DNA from: a bacterium
Lineage (GTDB): Bacteria; SAR324; NAC60-12
NCBI GenBank assembly: GCA_965233585.1
Contig: CBDDTI010000746.1
Span: 544,001-608,000, forward strand
Length of the DNA: 64,000 bases
Direction of reading: 5' to 3'
In this document: positions 47,001 to 56,591 of the stretch, piece after piece
How positions within the stretch are numbered: the first letter of the stretch is position 1
How the letters are laid out: each line of letters begins with the position of its first letter
The notes under the pieces: model-generated
The model's database searches: none
Told to the model about the DNA's origin: nothing
What the model saw: the letters and a program-made list of their open reading frames with translations, nothing else
Position numbers and translations under genes: made by a program

Positions 47001-47237
47001 CAAGTTTTCAAAAGTCAGATCGTCCTTTGAAAAACAATTTGCAATCGCCTACTTTTATTTTTTGCAAAAAATTAGAAAAAAGCCTTGACATTGTGTTTCA
47101 ATGTGAGTACTTTTTGAAAAATTTCCAATCCGTGTCATCAGCTTTCTTGATGAAGGGGGTGGTTTTGTGTTGAGAAAGAAGATGTTTTTTTCTTATTCTC
47201 TTTATTCTATTGTTAAAATTATTTTGGAGTTCATATT

Positions 47238-48245
47238 ATGAAATTCTTAGCGAAAACTTTGTTGACAGTCGCAGTTGCCAGTCCTTTAGTGGCAACACAG
47301 ATTCATGCTACAGAAGCCTGTGATTCCGGTGAGATGGTGATTAAGTTCAGTCATGTCACCAACACCGATAAACACCCTAAAGGGATTGCCGCAAGTTTGT
47401 TGGAAAAACGAGTGAATGAAGAAATGGACGGCATTGCTTGTATGCAGGTCTTTCCAAATTCTACACTTTATGATGATAACAAAGTGCTAGAAGCCCTTTT
47501 GAGTGGTGATGTGCAACTTGCCGCTCCGTCTCTGTCCAAGTTTGAAAAATTCACTAAAAAATTCCGTGTGTTTGATTTGCCATTTATCTTTGAAGACATT
47601 CAAGCTGTAGATCGCTTTCAAAATTCAGAGGCAGGACAAAAGCTCAAAAATTCTATGCGTAGAAAAGGTCTGGTTGGACTAGCTTTTTGGCATAATGGCA
47701 TGAAACAACTTTCTGCTAATAAACCACTTTTACTTCCATCAGATGCTGACGGATTGAAATTCAGAGTTCAAACTTCTGAAGTGCTGGTGGCACAATTTCA
47801 GCAGCTGGGAGCCATTCCTCAAAAAATGGCATTCAAAGAAGTTTATGGTGCATTGCAAACAGGAGTTGTAGATGGACAGGAAAACACATGGTCTAACATT
47901 TACGGAAAGAAATTTTTTGAAGTGCAAGATGGCGTCACAGAATCCAATCATGGACTCCTCGATTATCTTGTGGTTACCTCAAGAAAATGGTGGGACGGAT
48001 TGCCCCAAAACGCCCGTGATCAACTTGCCCAAATTCTCAAAGAAGTCACAGAAGCTAGAAATCGTGAATCCTTTCAAACCAACCAAGCCAATAAAAAGAA
48101 TGTGATAGAGAGTGGTGGAACGGTCAGACAACTCAGCGATGTTCAAAGAGCCGCATGGGTTGAGGCACTCCGACCTGTTTGGAAAAAGTTTGAAAAAAGC
48201 ATTGGTCAAGATTTAATTAAGGCAGCAGTTGCTTCAAACAAATGA
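47238..48245 (+). CDS. dctP: TRAP transporter substrate-binding protein DctP
   Basis: Signal peptide, IKFSHV, GLKFRVQ, LQTGVVDGQEN. Confidence 0.95.
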   Translation: MKFLAKTLLTVAVASPLVATQIHATEACDSGEMVIKFSHVTNTDKHPKGIAASLLEKRVNEEMDGIACMQVFPNSTLYDDNKVLEALLSGDVQLAAPSLSKFEKFTKKFRVFDLPFIFEDIQAVDRFQNSEAGQKLKNSMRRKGLVGLAFWHNGMKQLSANKPLLLPSDADGLKFRVQTSEVLVAQFQQLGAIPQKMAFKEVYGALQTGVVDGQENTWSNIYGKKFFEVQDGVTESNHGLLDYLVVTSRKWWDGLPQNARDQLAQILKEVTEARNRESFQTNQANKKNVIESGGTVRQLSDVQRAAWVEALRPVWKKFEKSIGQDLIKAAVASNK

Positions 48246-48284
48246 AATATGATTTTCTGAAACCACTATGAAACCGTTTTCTTC

Positions 48285-48845
48285 ATGTCTTCTATAAAAA
48301 ATTTTCTGAATCGTCTTGAAGAATTTTTCATAGTCATCACTTTAGCTTGCATGACATTGATCACCGTCGCCAATGTCATTGCACGTTATGTGTTCAACAG
48401 TACGATTCTGTGGGCATTGGAAGGTACTTTATATTTGTTCGCATGGCTAGTCATTATTGGTGTTTCTTATGGAGTGAAGCACCACCTGCATCTAGGCATA
48501 GATTCTATCATCAAGGTTTACTCTCCTGCAGTTCGCAAAGTTCTTGCGTATGTTGCTGTTCTGACTTGTTTGACTTATAGCCTCTCGTTGTTGATAGGCA
48601 GTTGGAATTACTGGTTTCCTTTCATTCGGGAACAAGCATTTTTAGAGACTGAAGACATTCCCATTCCTGATTTTCTTCAATTTCTTTCGGTTTGGCTGAA
48701 TGAAGGGGAGGCTTATGAAAAACTTCCTAGATTCATTCCTTATTTTGCTCTTCCTCTCGGTTTGTTTTTATTGTCAGTGCGTTTTTTGATAGCAGGCATT
48801 CACATCTACCAAAACAAAATAGACCGCTTGATTGCCTCACATTAA
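48285..48845 (+). CDS. dctQ: TRAP transporter small permease DctQ
   Basis: 4 TM segments, NVIARYVFN, HLGID. Confidence 0.92.
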   Translation: MSSIKNFLNRLEEFFIVITLACMTLITVANVIARYVFNSTILWALEGTLYLFAWLVIIGVSYGVKHHLHLGIDSIIKVYSPAVRKVLAYVAVLTCLTYSLSLLIGSWNYWFPFIREQAFLETEDIPIPDFLQFLSVWLNEGEAYEKLPRFIPYFALPLGLFLLSVRFLIAGIHIYQNKIDRLIASH

Positions 48846-48847
48846 CT

Positions 48848-50215
48848 ATGGATATTGTTCTGCTCTTCCTTTCCATCATCACTTTGATGCTCATTGGAGT
48901 TCCTATAGCTATTGCTTTAGGAGTTTCAAGCACAGTATTTTTGGTGTTTTATTCTGGAGGTTCGCTTTTATCCATTGCACAAACTTTATTTTCTGCCTTT
49001 CAAGGGCATTACACTTTGCTGGCTATTCCTTTTTTCATTTTGGCTTCATCCTTCATGTCCACAGGTGGTATTGCTAAACGGGTGATCCATTTCACTAACG
49101 CATCGGTTGGACATTTCTCTGGAGGATTAGCGATTGCATCAGTTTTTGCATGTATGATTTTTGCGGCACTGTCAGGTTCTTCTCCTGCCACTGTGATTTC
49201 AGTAGGTTCTATCACGATTGCTGGAATGGTGAAGTATGGTTATAAAAAAGAGTTTGCTGCTGGCGTGATCTGTAATGCAGGGACTATGGGAATTTTGACG
49301 CCTCCTTCTATTGTGATGGTGGTTTATGCAGCTGCAACAGATGTTTCAGTAGGAAGAATGTTTTTAGCAGGGGTGATTCCCGGTATGATTGAAGGCATGT
49401 TCTTAGTCATAGGTATTCTGGCTTATGCCAAAATCAAAGGCTTACCTAAAGGTCCTAGGGCTTCATGGAAAGAACGATGGCTTGCCTTCCGTGAATCAAG
49501 CTGGGGGCTAATGCTGATTGTTGTCATTATGGGAGGAATTTATGGAGGAGCCTTCACACCAACAGAAGCCGCAGCAGTGGCCGCCGTTTATGCTTTCATT
49601 GTGGCAAATTTCATCTACCGAGATTCAGGACCCTTCAGTTCAGAACATCAAAATTCAAATACGAATCTCTTCATCAAAACCCTCTCCGTCTTTTGGCATC
49701 AAGACAACAGAAAAACCTTATTGGAAGCAGGGAAGTTGAGTATCATGTTGATGTTTATCATTGCCAATGCTCTGATTTTAAAACATGTTCTTACTGAAGA
49801 ACGTATTCCTCAAATCATTACGGAGTCCATGCTTGCTTTGGGAATGGGACCGATTATGTTCTTAATCTTGATCAATCTTCTCCTTTTGATTGGTGGACAG
49901 TTTATGGAGCCTTCAGGTTTGATCATTATTGTTGCTCCGATTGTCTTACCTATTGCCCTAGAACTTGGTATTGATCCCATTCATCTTGGAGTGATTATGG
50001 TGGTCAATATGGAAATTGGTCTCACCACTCCACCCGTTGGATTGAACCTATTTGTAACTTCAGGAGTTGCAAAAATGTCTGTGGCTGAAGTCATTCGTGC
50101 AGCTTCTCCATGGATTCTGCTCATGTTTGTCTTTTTGGCTTTGGTCACTTACCTACCTCTCTTATCCACTTGGCTACCTACTTTTTTTATGGGAGCAGAG
50201 ATCATCACACGATAA
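48848..50215 (+). CDS. dctM: TRAP transporter large permease DctM
   Basis: LLAIPFFILA, SGSSPAT, PPSIVM, FTPTEAAA, TPPVGLNLFV. Confidence 0.95.
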   Translation: MDIVLLFLSIITLMLIGVPIAIALGVSSTVFLVFYSGGSLLSIAQTLFSAFQGHYTLLAIPFFILASSFMSTGGIAKRVIHFTNASVGHFSGGLAIASVFACMIFAALSGSSPATVISVGSITIAGMVKYGYKKEFAAGVICNAGTMGILTPPSIVMVVYAAATDVSVGRMFLAGVIPGMIEGMFLVIGILAYAKIKGLPKGPRASWKERWLAFRESSWGLMLIVVIMGGIYGGAFTPTEAAAVAAVYAFIVANFIYRDSGPFSSEHQNSNTNLFIKTLSVFWHQDNRKTLLEAGKLSIMLMFIIANALILKHVLTEERIPQIITESMLALGMGPIMFLILINLLLLIGGQFMEPSGLIIIVAPIVLPIALELGIDPIHLGVIMVVNMEIGLTTPPVGLNLFVTSGVAKMSVAEVIRAASPWILLMFVFLALVTYLPLLSTWLPTFFMGAEIITR

Positions 50216-50217
50216 AC

Positions 50218-50358
50218 ATGACAAGACCCTTGGAAAACATTCTAGTCATCGCATTAGAACAAGCCGTGGCTGCACCTTGGTGTACCGCTCGTTTGTGTGA
50301 TGCAGCTGCAAGAGTTATCAAGATTTTTCAAGAAGTAAAGGACGTTTTGATGACTTGA
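50218..50358 (+). pseudogene. N-terminal remnant of a CaiB/BaiF (family III) CoA-transferase
   Basis: MTRPLENILVIALEQAVAAPWCTARLCDAAARVIKI matches the CaiB N-terminus (PL.G..V..L....A.P.....L.D.GA.VIK.E); stops after 46 aa. Confidence 0.8.
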
Positions 50359-50626
50359 TTGAAGTCAATGACCATTTGTACATGAATCTCCCAAATTCAG
50401 TGAATGAACTGATTCAAATTGTAGGAGAAATTTTACAAAAATTTGACAATTATGAATTGAGTGACGTGCGGGTGTTGTCAAAATAATGATGATTATATGT
50501 TAAGGAATGTCTTTAAATTGATAGAAATCCAGCTTGTCAGTCATTGAGATTGCTGGGTAAATACTACGATGACCGCAAAATCAAGTATCAGGTGTCCAAG
50601 TCTGCAAAATCCCTCCTGTTACTTGA

Positions 50627-50686
50627 GTGCTTGACACAGAATCTCAAAAACAAATAGTGAGATTGCGGGTCAAGGTGAGCAATGAC
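50627..50686. repeat. Degenerate inverted pair of GTCATT-type REP units
   Basis: GTGCTTGACACAGAATCTC...GAGATTGCGGGTCAAGGTGAGCAATGAC, similar to 37308-37372. Confidence 0.8.
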
Positions 50687-50806
50687 GAAAGGGTTTTGCT
50701 TGAGTTCCTTTCTTCTTTTAGACTCTCTCTTGCTCTCAAAGTCTTGACAGATTCTATCCCCCTACTCAATAATGGAAATTTTGACAACCTTTTCAAAAAT
50801 GTGCCT

Positions 50807-50995
50807 ATGAAAAACTTTTTACTTCTCCAAATTGGAATGGCTGGAGGTGCCATTGCTTCTGCTGTCAATTATATTGGAAGCGAAAAAACAAAGTATCTTT
50901 TTGAAAGTTGGGTTATTTTCAGTGGTGGTCTCATTCTGTATTCAAGTTGTGCCACAGCATATCTTATCATTGTTATTTTTGAGGACAAAAAATGA
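50807..50995 (+). CDS. Small hydrophobic protein (62 aa)
   Basis: ATG start after the REP; two hydrophobic segments; stop overlaps the next start (ATGA). Confidence 0.5.
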   Translation: MKNFLLLQIGMAGGAIASAVNYIGSEKTKYLFESWVIFSGGLILYSSCATAYLIIVIFEDKK

Positions 50996-51084
50996 TTATT
51001 ACCTTAACAACTATCTTGTTGACTCTGATTGGTTTAGTTGCCTCATACATTGCTGTTAAACAAGTTTTAGATCGTAGAAAATAA
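50992..51084 (+). CDS. 30-aa single-TM peptide with a cationic tail
   Basis: GAGGA RBS, ATGA coupling, MIITLTTILLTLIGLVASYIAVKQVLDRRK. Confidence 0.55.
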   Translation: MIITLTTILLTLIGLVASYIAVKQVLDRRK

Positions 51085-51189
51085 AAATAAATTTTTAAAC
51101 ACTGACCAAGATATGCAGATTGCAGGCGTGTTACCAGTCCAATAGACTTATTTAATTTATGCTTTTATAGATGATGAGGACATAGAAAC

Positions 51190-52146
51190 ATGATGAAGTT
51201 TTTAGACCTTAAAACAGACTATGCCTTTAAAATGCTGTTTGGAGATGAGAAGAACAAAAAGCTACTCATCAGCTTTCTTAACTCGCTCATTGACTTCCCT
51301 TATCAGCAGAAAATCCGAGATCTGACCATTCAAGACCCTTACAACCCGCCTTTGCTAGAAGGTATGAAAATCACCTTCGTTGATGTCAAAGCCAAACTTG
51401 ACACAGGTCAGCAAGTCTTGATTGAAATGCAGGTCGTCAACCACGAAGGTTTTGAAAAACGTATCCTTTACAATGCTTGTAAAAACTATTCTATGCAACT
51501 GGAGAAAGGGCAGGAGTTTCATCTGCTGAACCCTGTCATTGCTCTCAATATCCTTGATTTCATCATGTTTGAAGACAATGACCAAATCATCAATTCGTTT
51601 AAGTTGTTAGAGAAGAACAACTTAAGCCCGTATTCTGATGACATTGAGTTGATTTTTGTAGAACTCCCTAAATTTCAAAAATCTTTACATGAACTCAAAG
51701 AGCTGCAAGAAGAATGGATTTATTGCATCAAGCATGCAGAAGGGTTACAAGAAATTCCCCAAAACTTTGACCCCACCATTCAAGAAGCCTTGCATCTGGT
51801 CAATCAAGCAGGGTTGTCTCCTGAAGAATTAGAAGTCATCTATAAAAGACAGGAGTTTGTTGCCATCATCAAAGGTGCTGAACAACTGCAACTTAAACAA
51901 GGATTCCAAAAAGGAATGGAAAAAGGCATGGAAAGAGGTCTCCAGCAAGGCAAAGAAGAAGGTCTTCAACAAGGTATGGAAAAAGGACGGCAAGAAGGCA
52001 AAGAAGAAGGTCTTCAACAAGGTATGGAAAAAGGACGGCAAGAAGAGAAACTTGACATTGCCAAAAAGATGCTGGCTCAAGGCATTGACATTGACACCAT
52101 TTGCCTTGCTACTGGACTACCCAAACAACAAATTCAAAAACTCTAA
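51190..52146 (+). CDS. Rpn-family PD-(D/E)XK nuclease (PDDEXK_2)
   Basis: D.KTDYAFK.LFG, VDVKA......LIEMQV, FVELPKF, G...G repeats, IAKKML..G...I...TGL tail. Confidence 0.92.
   Translation: MMKFLDLKTDYAFKMLFGDEKNKKLLISFLNSLIDFPYQQKIRDLTIQDPYNPPLLEGMKITFVDVKAKLDTGQQVLIEMQVVNHEGFEKRILYNACKNYSMQLEKGQEFHLLNPVIALNILDFIMFEDNDQIINSFKLLEKNNLSPYSDDIELIFVELPKFQKSLHELKELQEEWIYCIKHAEGLQEIPQNFDPTIQEALHLVNQAGLSPEELEVIYKRQEFVAIIKGAEQLQLKQGFQKGMEKGMERGLQQGKEEGLQQGMEKGRQEGKEEGLQQGMEKGRQEEKLDIAKKMLAQGIDIDTICLATGLPKQQIQKL
51947..52045 (+). repeat. 48-bp tandem repeat (2 copies) in the Rpn C-terminal region
   Basis: AAGGCAAAGAAGAAGGTCTTCAACAAGGTATGGAAAAAGGACGGCAAG repeated at 51947 and 51995. Confidence 0.95.
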
Positions 52147-52304
52147 TCTCTTGCCAATGAAAGATGAGCTTGAGAAAATTCTATGTCAGTGTAGGCTTTT
52201 TATGATCAATTAAGAAAGAACCAATCAAATCTTTTTGCATATTTTTTCGCGTCTGAAGAAAAATCAAAACCAGAATAGATCAAGTCATATTTTGACTAAT
52301 GACT

Positions 52305-52961
52305 TTACTCAAAATCTTCGGGTTCAAGTATGACTTCTACCCGTCTGTTGAGACTTCGTTTATAAGGAGTGTCATTGAAAAATCGTGGCTTCATATCACC
52401 ATAGCCTACAATTTTAATACGTTTTCCCTGTATCTTAAGAGTAGTGAGAAAATCTGCCACTGCGGAGGCACGCATCAGTGAAAAATCTACTTTGGAGGGA
52501 TACTCAGGAGTGGTGTCTGAGATGGTGTCGGTGTGTCCTTCTACCAAGATTGGGTTAGGCAACCCACCGATGATTGATGAGAGTAGTTGAAAGGAATCTT
52601 TAGCTTCTTGAGAAAGAACGATTGACCCAGATTCAAAAAGAGCGGTCTCTTTGAATGTGACCTCTACACCTTTTTCAGAAACATTGACCTCTACTTCATC
52701 AGGCATATCTAGCTCTTCAATGTCCTTTGCAATAGATTCCATCACGGATCGTTTTCCTTGAAACATGAAGGGACTACCGGGGGGAGAAGATTTAAAACTT
52801 TGTGAAATTTCTTTGATCTTTTCATCATCAATCCGACACATAGAAAATAACAAAATGAAAAAGCACAATAACAAAGTGACTAAATCACCGTAAGTAAAAA
52901 TCCATTCTTGGTCAAAGACTTCACAAACGGGACAGTCATCTTCGTTAATGAGTTGTCCCAT
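52305..52961 (-). CDS. motB: Flagellar stator B subunit (MotB/PomB), short form
   Basis: WIFTYGDLVTLLLCFFILL TM segment with the conserved Asp; OmpA-like domain (EGHTD, LNRRVEV). Confidence 0.92.
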   Translation of the reverse strand: MGQLINEDDCPVCEVFDQEWIFTYGDLVTLLLCFFILLFSMCRIDDEKIKEISQSFKSSPPGSPFMFQGKRSVMESIAKDIEELDMPDEVEVNVSEKGVEVTFKETALFESGSIVLSQEAKDSFQLLSSIIGGLPNPILVEGHTDTISDTTPEYPSKVDFSLMRASAVADFLTTLKIQGKRIKIVGYGDMKPRFFNDTPYKRSLNRRVEVILEPEDFE

Positions 52962-53783
52962 TTATTCGCCCCCAGATTTTTTCTCATTGTCAAACTTCAG
53001 TTGTTCATAAACTGCCTTTTGGCTGGTTGGCAAATAATTGACTAAATCTTGTTCAATGAAGTCAGGACGTTCACCTTGTTCAATGTAAAGAATCCCATCG
53101 CGAATCATCTCCCGTAGCACTTTTTGGTCATCTTTGCGACCACTTAATTTGTTCGCACATGGGGCAAACACCGTGTTGGCAAACAAAGAACCATACAAAG
53201 TAGTAATCAAGGCAACAGCCATGGCAGGACCAATTTTAGAGGGGTCATCTAAATTCTGTAACAAAATCACCAAACCGACCAACGTCCCTAGCATTCCCCA
53301 CGCGGGGCAAAGTGATCCCATAGTTTTAATGACAGCAATTTCACTTTCTGCGGCAACTTCTGCATACTTCATTTCATGTGAAAGCATTTCTACGATTAAG
53401 TTGCGGTCCACACGGTCTACGACCAGACGCAACCCCCCACGCAAAAAAAGATTTTCAATACTTGGCAACGCATCTTCTATGGCAAGAATGTTCTTACGGG
53501 CAATTTTAGAGACGTCAATGATCAATGTTAAGGTTTCTACAAGAGGCACCGTCTCTGCTTGAAATGAAGATTTGATGGATTTAGCAAAGGTAGAAAAGAC
53601 GTCCATCGGGTAACTTGCCATAGTAGAGGCAATCGTTCCACCAAGCACAATCATTAGTGATGGAATGTCAATAAACCAAGCGAGTGCATAAAATTGAAAA
53701 GAGAATGTTGAGAAGTTAAAGACGATGGCAAGTAAAAAGAGGAAGTAAGCCAGTCCGTATCCTGCCAGAGTTGCGATGTCCAT
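52962..53783 (-). CDS. motA: Flagellar stator A subunit (MotA/PomA)
   Basis: DIPSLMIVLGGT, PAWGMLGTLVGLV, AVALITTLYG; directly upstream of motB. Confidence 0.92.
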   Translation of the reverse strand: MDIATLAGYGLAYFLFLLAIVFNFSTFSFQFYALAWFIDIPSLMIVLGGTIASTMASYPMDVFSTFAKSIKSSFQAETVPLVETLTLIIDVSKIARKNILAIEDALPSIENLFLRGGLRLVVDRVDRNLIVEMLSHEMKYAEVAAESEIAVIKTMGSLCPAWGMLGTLVGLVILLQNLDDPSKIGPAMAVALITTLYGSLFANTVFAPCANKLSGRKDDQKVLREMIRDGILYIEQGERPDFIEQDLVNYLPTSQKAVYEQLKFDNEKKSGGE

Positions 53784-53805
53784 AAAAATTGAAGTTCAAA
53801 ATAAG

Positions 53806-54579
53806 TTAATCAGGTAGAGCAAATAAACGTTTGGCGTTTGCAGTCGTTTGATTTGCAAGGGTGTCCAAAGAAATATCATGCAGGTTTGCCACAAACTCTG
53901 CAATATGGGGAAGGTAAGCAGGAGCATTGGGCTTTCCACGATAAGGCACAGGGGCTAAATAGGGTGCATCAGTCTCAAGCAATAGATGTTCCAGTGGAAT
54001 TTGCGAGACCATCTCTTGCACACTTTTGGCGTTTTTAAAAGTAACAATGCCATTGACGCCAATAAACCAGCCCATTTCTACAAGTTGCATTGCCATCTCT
54101 AAACTGCCTGTAAACGAGTGTGCAACGCCTTTTTTTAAGGCAACATGCCTTTGTAAAATCTCTAGGGTATCATCTTCAGCATCACGAGAATGCAAGACAA
54201 CAGGAAGTTTGAGTTCATTGGCAAGTTTGATTTGGTTTTGGAAGGCTTCTTTTTGGCTTTCTTGGTCAGAGTGCATGTAGTGATAATCCAAACCAATCTC
54301 TCCAACAGCAATCACTTTTGAAGACTGCTTGGCAAGCAACTTAATTTGATTTTCTATTTCTTCACAATACTCTTGTGCATGATGGGGGTGAATCCCTAAC
54401 GTGCCGTAAACGTTTGGCAGTTTTTGAGTCAAATTGCAAACTTGGGTGAGAGATTCAGGATTTGTCCCAATCGTGATGCAACGATTGACGTTCATGTCTT
54501 GGGCGTCGTCAAGAACTTGTTGAGCAGGAATCTGGAGCATCTCTAAGTGGCAATGTGTATCAATCAAATCAATTGCCAT
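53806..54579 (-). CDS. tatD: TatD-family hydrolase
   Basis: DTHCHL, GIHPH, GEIGLDY, HSRDA, ETDAPYLAP. Confidence 0.95.
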   Translation of the reverse strand: MAIDLIDTHCHLEMLQIPAQQVLDDAQDMNVNRCITIGTNPESLTQVCNLTQKLPNVYGTLGIHPHHAQEYCEEIENQIKLLAKQSSKVIAVGEIGLDYHYMHSDQESQKEAFQNQIKLANELKLPVVLHSRDAEDDTLEILQRHVALKKGVAHSFTGSLEMAMQLVEMGWFIGVNGIVTFKNAKSVQEMVSQIPLEHLLLETDAPYLAPVPYRGKPNAPAYLPHIAEFVANLHDISLDTLANQTTANAKRLFALPD

Positions 54580-54658
54580 ACGTCATGCTGTCTTGCTTGG
54601 TGTTGAAAATTGCATGGATTGCCAATAGAATGTCATCAAATCCGTTACGATACTGCAA

Positions 54659-54973
54659 ATGAGACTTTTTTTCAAACTTCTTTTATTGGTCTGCCTCTTT
54701 TCTGTGGGGGCTTGCTACCGCATCACTGCCTTTACTGATACAAGGTCTGTCAAAGTAGAACCTGATGCACAAATCACGCATCTCAGTTCTGTCTTTGCCA
54801 TGATTGAGCTGGACCAAGCCCAGTCTATTCGTTCTTTTTGTCCAAGTGGTGTCTCTAAATTACAGATGCAACAAACTTGGCATGATGCACTCTTTCATTA
54901 TATAACTTTGGGCAATTACAGCGTGCAAACGACTTACATCTGGTGCAAACGTAGGAGACTGACAGAAGACTAA
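54659..54973 (+). CDS. Bor/Iss-family lipoprotein
   Basis: Lipobox VGAC; CPSGVSK....QT......YITLG.YS......WC pattern. Confidence 0.7.
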   Translation: MRLFFKLLLLVCLFSVGACYRITAFTDTRSVKVEPDAQITHLSSVFAMIELDQAQSIRSFCPSGVSKLQMQQTWHDALFHYITLGNYSVQTTYIWCKRRRLTED

Positions 54974-55509
54974 AAAGGAGATTGAAGATCACGAAGTTTA
55001 GGCAGGCGTTGATCTTTTTCAGAGAGAACGGGATTTTGAATAGGCCAGGGGATTGCAATGTCTTCATCATTCCATATCACACCGCCCTCTCCTTCAGGTT
55101 TGTAAAACTCATCTGCCTTGTAAAGCACTTCTGCCACATCGCTTAAAACGCAATAACCATGAGCAACGCCAGCAGGTGCAAACAGCATACATTGATTTTC
55201 TGCAGTCAGAGTGATGCCAAAATGCTTGCCGAAAGTAGCAGAATCTTTCCTCAAATCTACCACCACATCATAAATACTGCCAACCACTGCTCGCACTAAT
55301 TTTGCTTGAGGTTCTTTTTGGAAGTGCAACCCCCGCAGGACGCCTTTTTGTTCAGAACGTGCATGATTGTCCTGCACAAAATGGCAAGTGATTCCATGCT
55401 TTTCAAAATCTCGCAATGAGTAGGATTCCATGAAAAATCCACGTTCATCACGAAACACACGAGGTTTGATGACATAAACATCTTGAATTTCCGTTTTTCT
55501 CACTTCCAT
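54970..55509 (-). CDS. rmlC: dTDP-4-dehydrorhamnose 3,5-epimerase
   Basis: DERGFF.E, VQDNH, GVLRGLHFQ, AHGY, LSEKD. Confidence 0.96.
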   Translation of the reverse strand: MEVRKTEIQDVYVIKPRVFRDERGFFMESYSLRDFEKHGITCHFVQDNHARSEQKGVLRGLHFQKEPQAKLVRAVVGSIYDVVVDLRKDSATFGKHFGITLTAENQCMLFAPAGVAHGYCVLSDVAEVLYKADEFYKPEGEGGVIWNDEDIAIPWPIQNPVLSEKDQRLPKLRDLQSPF

Positions 55510-55586
55510 TGGTTACTCTAATTAGTGGTGTTCTTTTGCATGACAAAATTGGCTAAAATACCTGACATGAATTGCAGATTTTCTAG

Positions 55587-56591
55587 TTAAAGTGCATTTG
55601 TTGCAGAGAGACGAAAGGCGTGAAAGTTATTGAAATTGACCCGCCAATGAATGACTTCATCAATCGTTTGAAGATAGTTTTGATAATGCAAACCTTCTGT
55701 CTCTTTGTATTTTCCAACAAAACTTGGATCAAAATTTTCTCTGTCATCAATTCCAAAAAGCCTTGCTGTTGCCGTTTTTTCAGAAAGCTCAAGTAAGATA
55801 TTTTTTGAAGGCAGGTCAGAAGAAAGCAAAAAAGTTCCCCAAATCACAAGAATCATCTCAGGACTGAGAAAAAGAGGAAAGATGCCAATTTCACGTTCAA
55901 CTGCCCACAAAGGAGGTTCTTCAATTAAAACACGTTCGTTATCTGCAAAGGGGGTCAAAATTTCTTGAAAAATCCATCTTCCTTGTTCTGTCTTTGTCCA
56001 TGACTGATGAGCAAAGTCTGTCAAATCCAAACCTTGTACCAACTGACCAAACTGTTCAAGTTGCTGTACTAGTTTTTCCACCAAATAGACATGACCGCAT
56101 TGTTCCGCTCCCTCTACACAAACAATCAAGGCTTGTTGAGGAGCTGCTTCCTTCTGTTCAATGAAATCTTGTGCGATTTGCCTTATTGCCAATTCACTAG
56201 GATCAAATAAAGCAACCATATCCTTCAATGTTTCACAATGGATTGCAAAATTTGAGGAGGAAGGTGTTGCAAAATGGACGAAAAGAACTTGCTTTTGAAC
56301 ACATTCTTTTTGGAGGGTTTCAGAATCTGTTACCCAGACAGTGTCTTGGCATTGGTTATTCAAATAGTTCAACTTCTCTTCTTGACTGCCAGACAAGACG
56401 ACGCAACAGTCTTGCCAATGACCCCATGTTGCTAAATCAGGAGTCATCAAAACAATCTGATAATCTCTTTCCAGCAAAATCTTTAAAACAGGCTCAAACT
56501 CTTCCGTAAATTGCACCAAACTTGCATTGTCTATTACTATTTTTTGAATAGTTTGTAAGTGTTGCATCTCCATCAAACAATTCTCTGACAA
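55587..56591 (-). CDS. Hypothetical protein; C-terminal half resembles a degenerate P-loop nucleoside kinase
   Basis: LIVCVEGAEQCGHVYL in the Walker-A position, ILVIWGTFLL, TARLFGID. Confidence 0.6.
   Translation of the reverse strand: MSENCLMEMQHLQTIQKIVIDNASLVQFTEEFEPVLKILLERDYQIVLMTPDLATWGHWQDCCVVLSGSQEEKLNYLNNQCQDTVWVTDSETLQKECVQKQVLFVHFATPSSSNFAIHCETLKDMVALFDPSELAIRQIAQDFIEQKEAAPQQALIVCVEGAEQCGHVYLVEKLVQQLEQFGQLVQGLDLTDFAHQSWTKTEQGRWIFQEILTPFADNERVLIEEPPLWAVEREIGIFPLFLSPEMILVIWGTFLLSSDLPSKNILLELSEKTATARLFGIDDRENFDPSFVGKYKETEGLHYQNYLQTIDEVIHWRVNFNNFHAFRLSATNAL

Noticed and set aside
52305..53783. Zorya ZorAB anti-phage motor
   Set aside because: The A subunit lacks the long ZorA cytoplasmic tail, there are no zorC/D/E neighbours, and the motifs fit flagellar stators.
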